Part shown: positions 62,306 through 64,000 of the stretch, one piece after another
Layout of the letters: each line of letters starts with the position of its first letter
Numbering within the stretch: position 1 is the first letter of the stretch
NCBI GenBank assembly: GCA_977020255.1
Contig: CDROCS010000666.1
Location: 186,001 to 250,000, forward strand
Reading direction: 5' to 3'
Origin: Obrimoposthia wandeli
Taxonomy: Eukaryota
DNA length: 64,000 nt
The notes under the pieces: model-generated
The model's input: the letters and a program-made list of their open reading frames with translations, nothing else
Told to the model about the DNA's origin: nothing
The model's database searches: none
Program-made: the position numbers and the translations under genes

Positions 62306-62336
62306 TTGACCTCAAGTTAACCTGAGGTACTAGAGT
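62306..62336 (+). promoter_or_regulatory. SoxR-activated promoter with soxbox
   Basis: -35 TTGACC (62306-62311), 19-bp spacer, -10 TAGAGT (62331-62336). Palindrome CCTCAAGTTAACCTGAGG (62310-62327) is one mismatch from the canonical soxbox. Confidence 0.9.
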
Positions 62337-62370
62337 AGCAGTGAATAGTTAATATCACACGGAATGAACA

Positions 62371-63564
62371 ATGAAAAATAAAACGTTTCCCTATTTATCA
62401 GGACGATTTTTTGATGGCATAAGCTCGGGTTTATTCATGATGGCATTACCTTGGATCATGCTGAAAGAGCCGAATATGGGTACATTCGTGGCGCTTACTG
62501 CCCTTGTTTGCACAACATTGTCCTTTTTATGTACGCCATTTTTCTCTGTTATGACTGATAGGCATTCAAGAAAAGCTATTTTGATTTTGGTGCAAATCAT
62601 TCAATCAATTGCCGCAATGTCAGTCGGTATCGCTTATTGGTTTGATTTAGGATCTCAGTGGCTATTGGCGTTTTCACAGTTAGTTTTTTGGGTATCAAGC
62701 AATATAGCTTGGAATGCTAACAATGCCTTCACGCAAGAAAATTACGCTCAGCATGAATATGCAAAAATATCTGGATATCAGGAAGTTGTAATGCAAAGTA
62801 CAACACTGGGAGCAGGAGCATTAGGTATAATTCTGCTTGAAATGTGGGGAACCGTTGAGTTTGCGGCATTTGCAGCGGTAGCTTCGGCAATTGCAGCCTT
62901 CAGTTATGTAATCACCCCTTATAATCGCCAAGTTAGGCCATCGTTTAAAACGTCATTCATAAAGCAATTTAAAGAGAGCAAAAACATTTGCACCCAAAAT
63001 CCAACATTTTATGGGTTCTTATTAATATCGTGTTTGTCTTATCCTATCCTTACCTTTTTAGGCAAATTAGTGCCTATTTGGTTTGCCGAATTAGATATTT
63101 CAGGCAATTGGATTGCTTGGTATAACATAGCATTTGGTCTTGGTTCTTTAATGACAGGCTTGCTGGTTTCACGCATACTCGCGCTGGTATCCCATCGATA
63201 TATTATGCAGTATTCGATGATCATTCTTGCGTTAACATTATTGGCGATGAGTGGAATGATGCAACCATTGTATATTATTGCTTTTACACTTTGTTTTGGT
63301 TTCTTTAATGCACTAAATAGAATTGCAAGAACCAACTGGATGCACCACACAATTCCAATGTCACAACGTGGTCGCGTAGATGGTGGGCTAGCAATGTTTG
63401 CAACGCTAGTTCAAAGCCTTAGCTATGTATTAATTGCGCTTCTCGCACATGTTAATGCTATCGAATACGGTTTTCTCATCGTGGGTTTAGTCGTCTTATT
63501 CGCGAGCTGTTGGATGATGGTTCTTGGGAATAAGATCGAGACAAAGCCTGAGCTTGCTCATTGA
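62371..63564 (+). CDS. MFS transporter (likely SoxR-regulated efflux)
   Basis: About 12 TM helices, DRHSRK loop motif; downstream of the soxbox. Confidence 0.88.
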   Translation: MKNKTFPYLSGRFFDGISSGLFMMALPWIMLKEPNMGTFVALTALVCTTLSFLCTPFFSVMTDRHSRKAILILVQIIQSIAAMSVGIAYWFDLGSQWLLAFSQLVFWVSSNIAWNANNAFTQENYAQHEYAKISGYQEVVMQSTTLGAGALGIILLEMWGTVEFAAFAAVASAIAAFSYVITPYNRQVRPSFKTSFIKQFKESKNICTQNPTFYGFLLISCLSYPILTFLGKLVPIWFAELDISGNWIAWYNIAFGLGSLMTGLLVSRILALVSHRYIMQYSMIILALTLLAMSGMMQPLYIIAFTLCFGFFNALNRIARTNWMHHTIPMSQRGRVDGGLAMFATLVQSLSYVLIALLAHVNAIEYGFLIVGLVVLFASCWMMVLGNKIETKPELAH

Positions 63565-63664
63565 TCGTTAAGCATATTCAGCCCCACTTTCCACTTATAT
63601 TAAAGGGAAATGGGGCGGTGTATTCCTCGTAACCATTTAGGCTAAGTAGACTTTACTAAAGACA

Positions 63665-64000
63665 TTAGAATGTTTTATTAAACAACACGCCAAAGTAATG
63701 AATACCAATATCATAATCGCCACGTAAAGTGCCGCCAGGTCCTGCCTCTAATGTGTACTCAATCGATGGTGTGCCTGCATCTAAATATTCATAGTACATC
63801 TGCATGCGCCACTCTGCATTGAGTTCATACGTTGCACCCATCGCATATTTCCAGATTTCGCCTGTTGGTACATCAGGATATTGCTTAGTCGGATCATCTT
63901 GTGGTGAAGTTTCATAATAAACACCCCCCTCTAAACGCCAGTCAGGGGTTAATTGGTAGTGAGCACCTAAGCTAAACAACCATGTATCTTCCCATTCACG
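63665..64000 (-). CDS. 3' part of a FadL/OmpP1-family outer-membrane transporter (truncated by window edge)
   Basis: W..SLGAHYQL..W.L.GGV.YETSP..PDVP..W.YA.GA.Y pattern and terminal F. Confidence 0.75.
   Translation of the reverse strand, partial: REWEDTWLFSLGAHYQLTPDWRLEGGVYYETSPQDDPTKQYPDVPTGEIWKYAMGATYELNAEWRMQMYYEYLDAGTPSIEYTLEAGPGGTLRGDYDIGIHYFGVLFNKTF

Overview
Gene-dense window that looks like a Vibrionaceae chromosome, probably Photobacterium-like and probably the small chromosome (inferred from gene content and ERIC-like repeats). Left to right: a decayed ATP-grasp gene plus N5-(carboxyethyl)ornithine synthase; metabolic and transport genes (NupC, NADAR-RibA fusion, yjjG, brnQ); the ectABC-ask ectoine operon; a cytochrome c-type NO reductase island (norCBD and norEFQ); a divergent hdfR/maoP-like pair followed by a GshB/RimK-like ATP-grasp gene and an N-formylglutamate-amidohydrolase-DUF1704 (QEGLA/MATCAP-like) fusion; a scsB/scsD-type disulfide locus; housekeeping singletons with a group II intron remnant; a ~20 kb sulfatase/anSME/two-component/MoxR-VWA(Bat)/octaheme cytochrome cluster; soxR with its soxbox promoter and MFS target; and the 3' end of a FadL-family porin. 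No rRNA, tRNA, CRISPR array or intact transposase was recognised. Leading hypothesis: the ligase plus MATCAP-like carboxypeptidase module lies next to two proteins with acidic tails ending in Asp-Tyr (one a 53-aa ORF missing from the ORF track), suggesting a bacterial analogue of C-terminal tail editing. Other features read directly from the DNA: a Val-rich leader peptide before brnQ, a structured nupC leader with GGA loops, and a (TAAGGGT)5 G-quadruplex-type repeat spanning a stop/start junction. All family assignments come from recognising motifs by eye; no searches were run.
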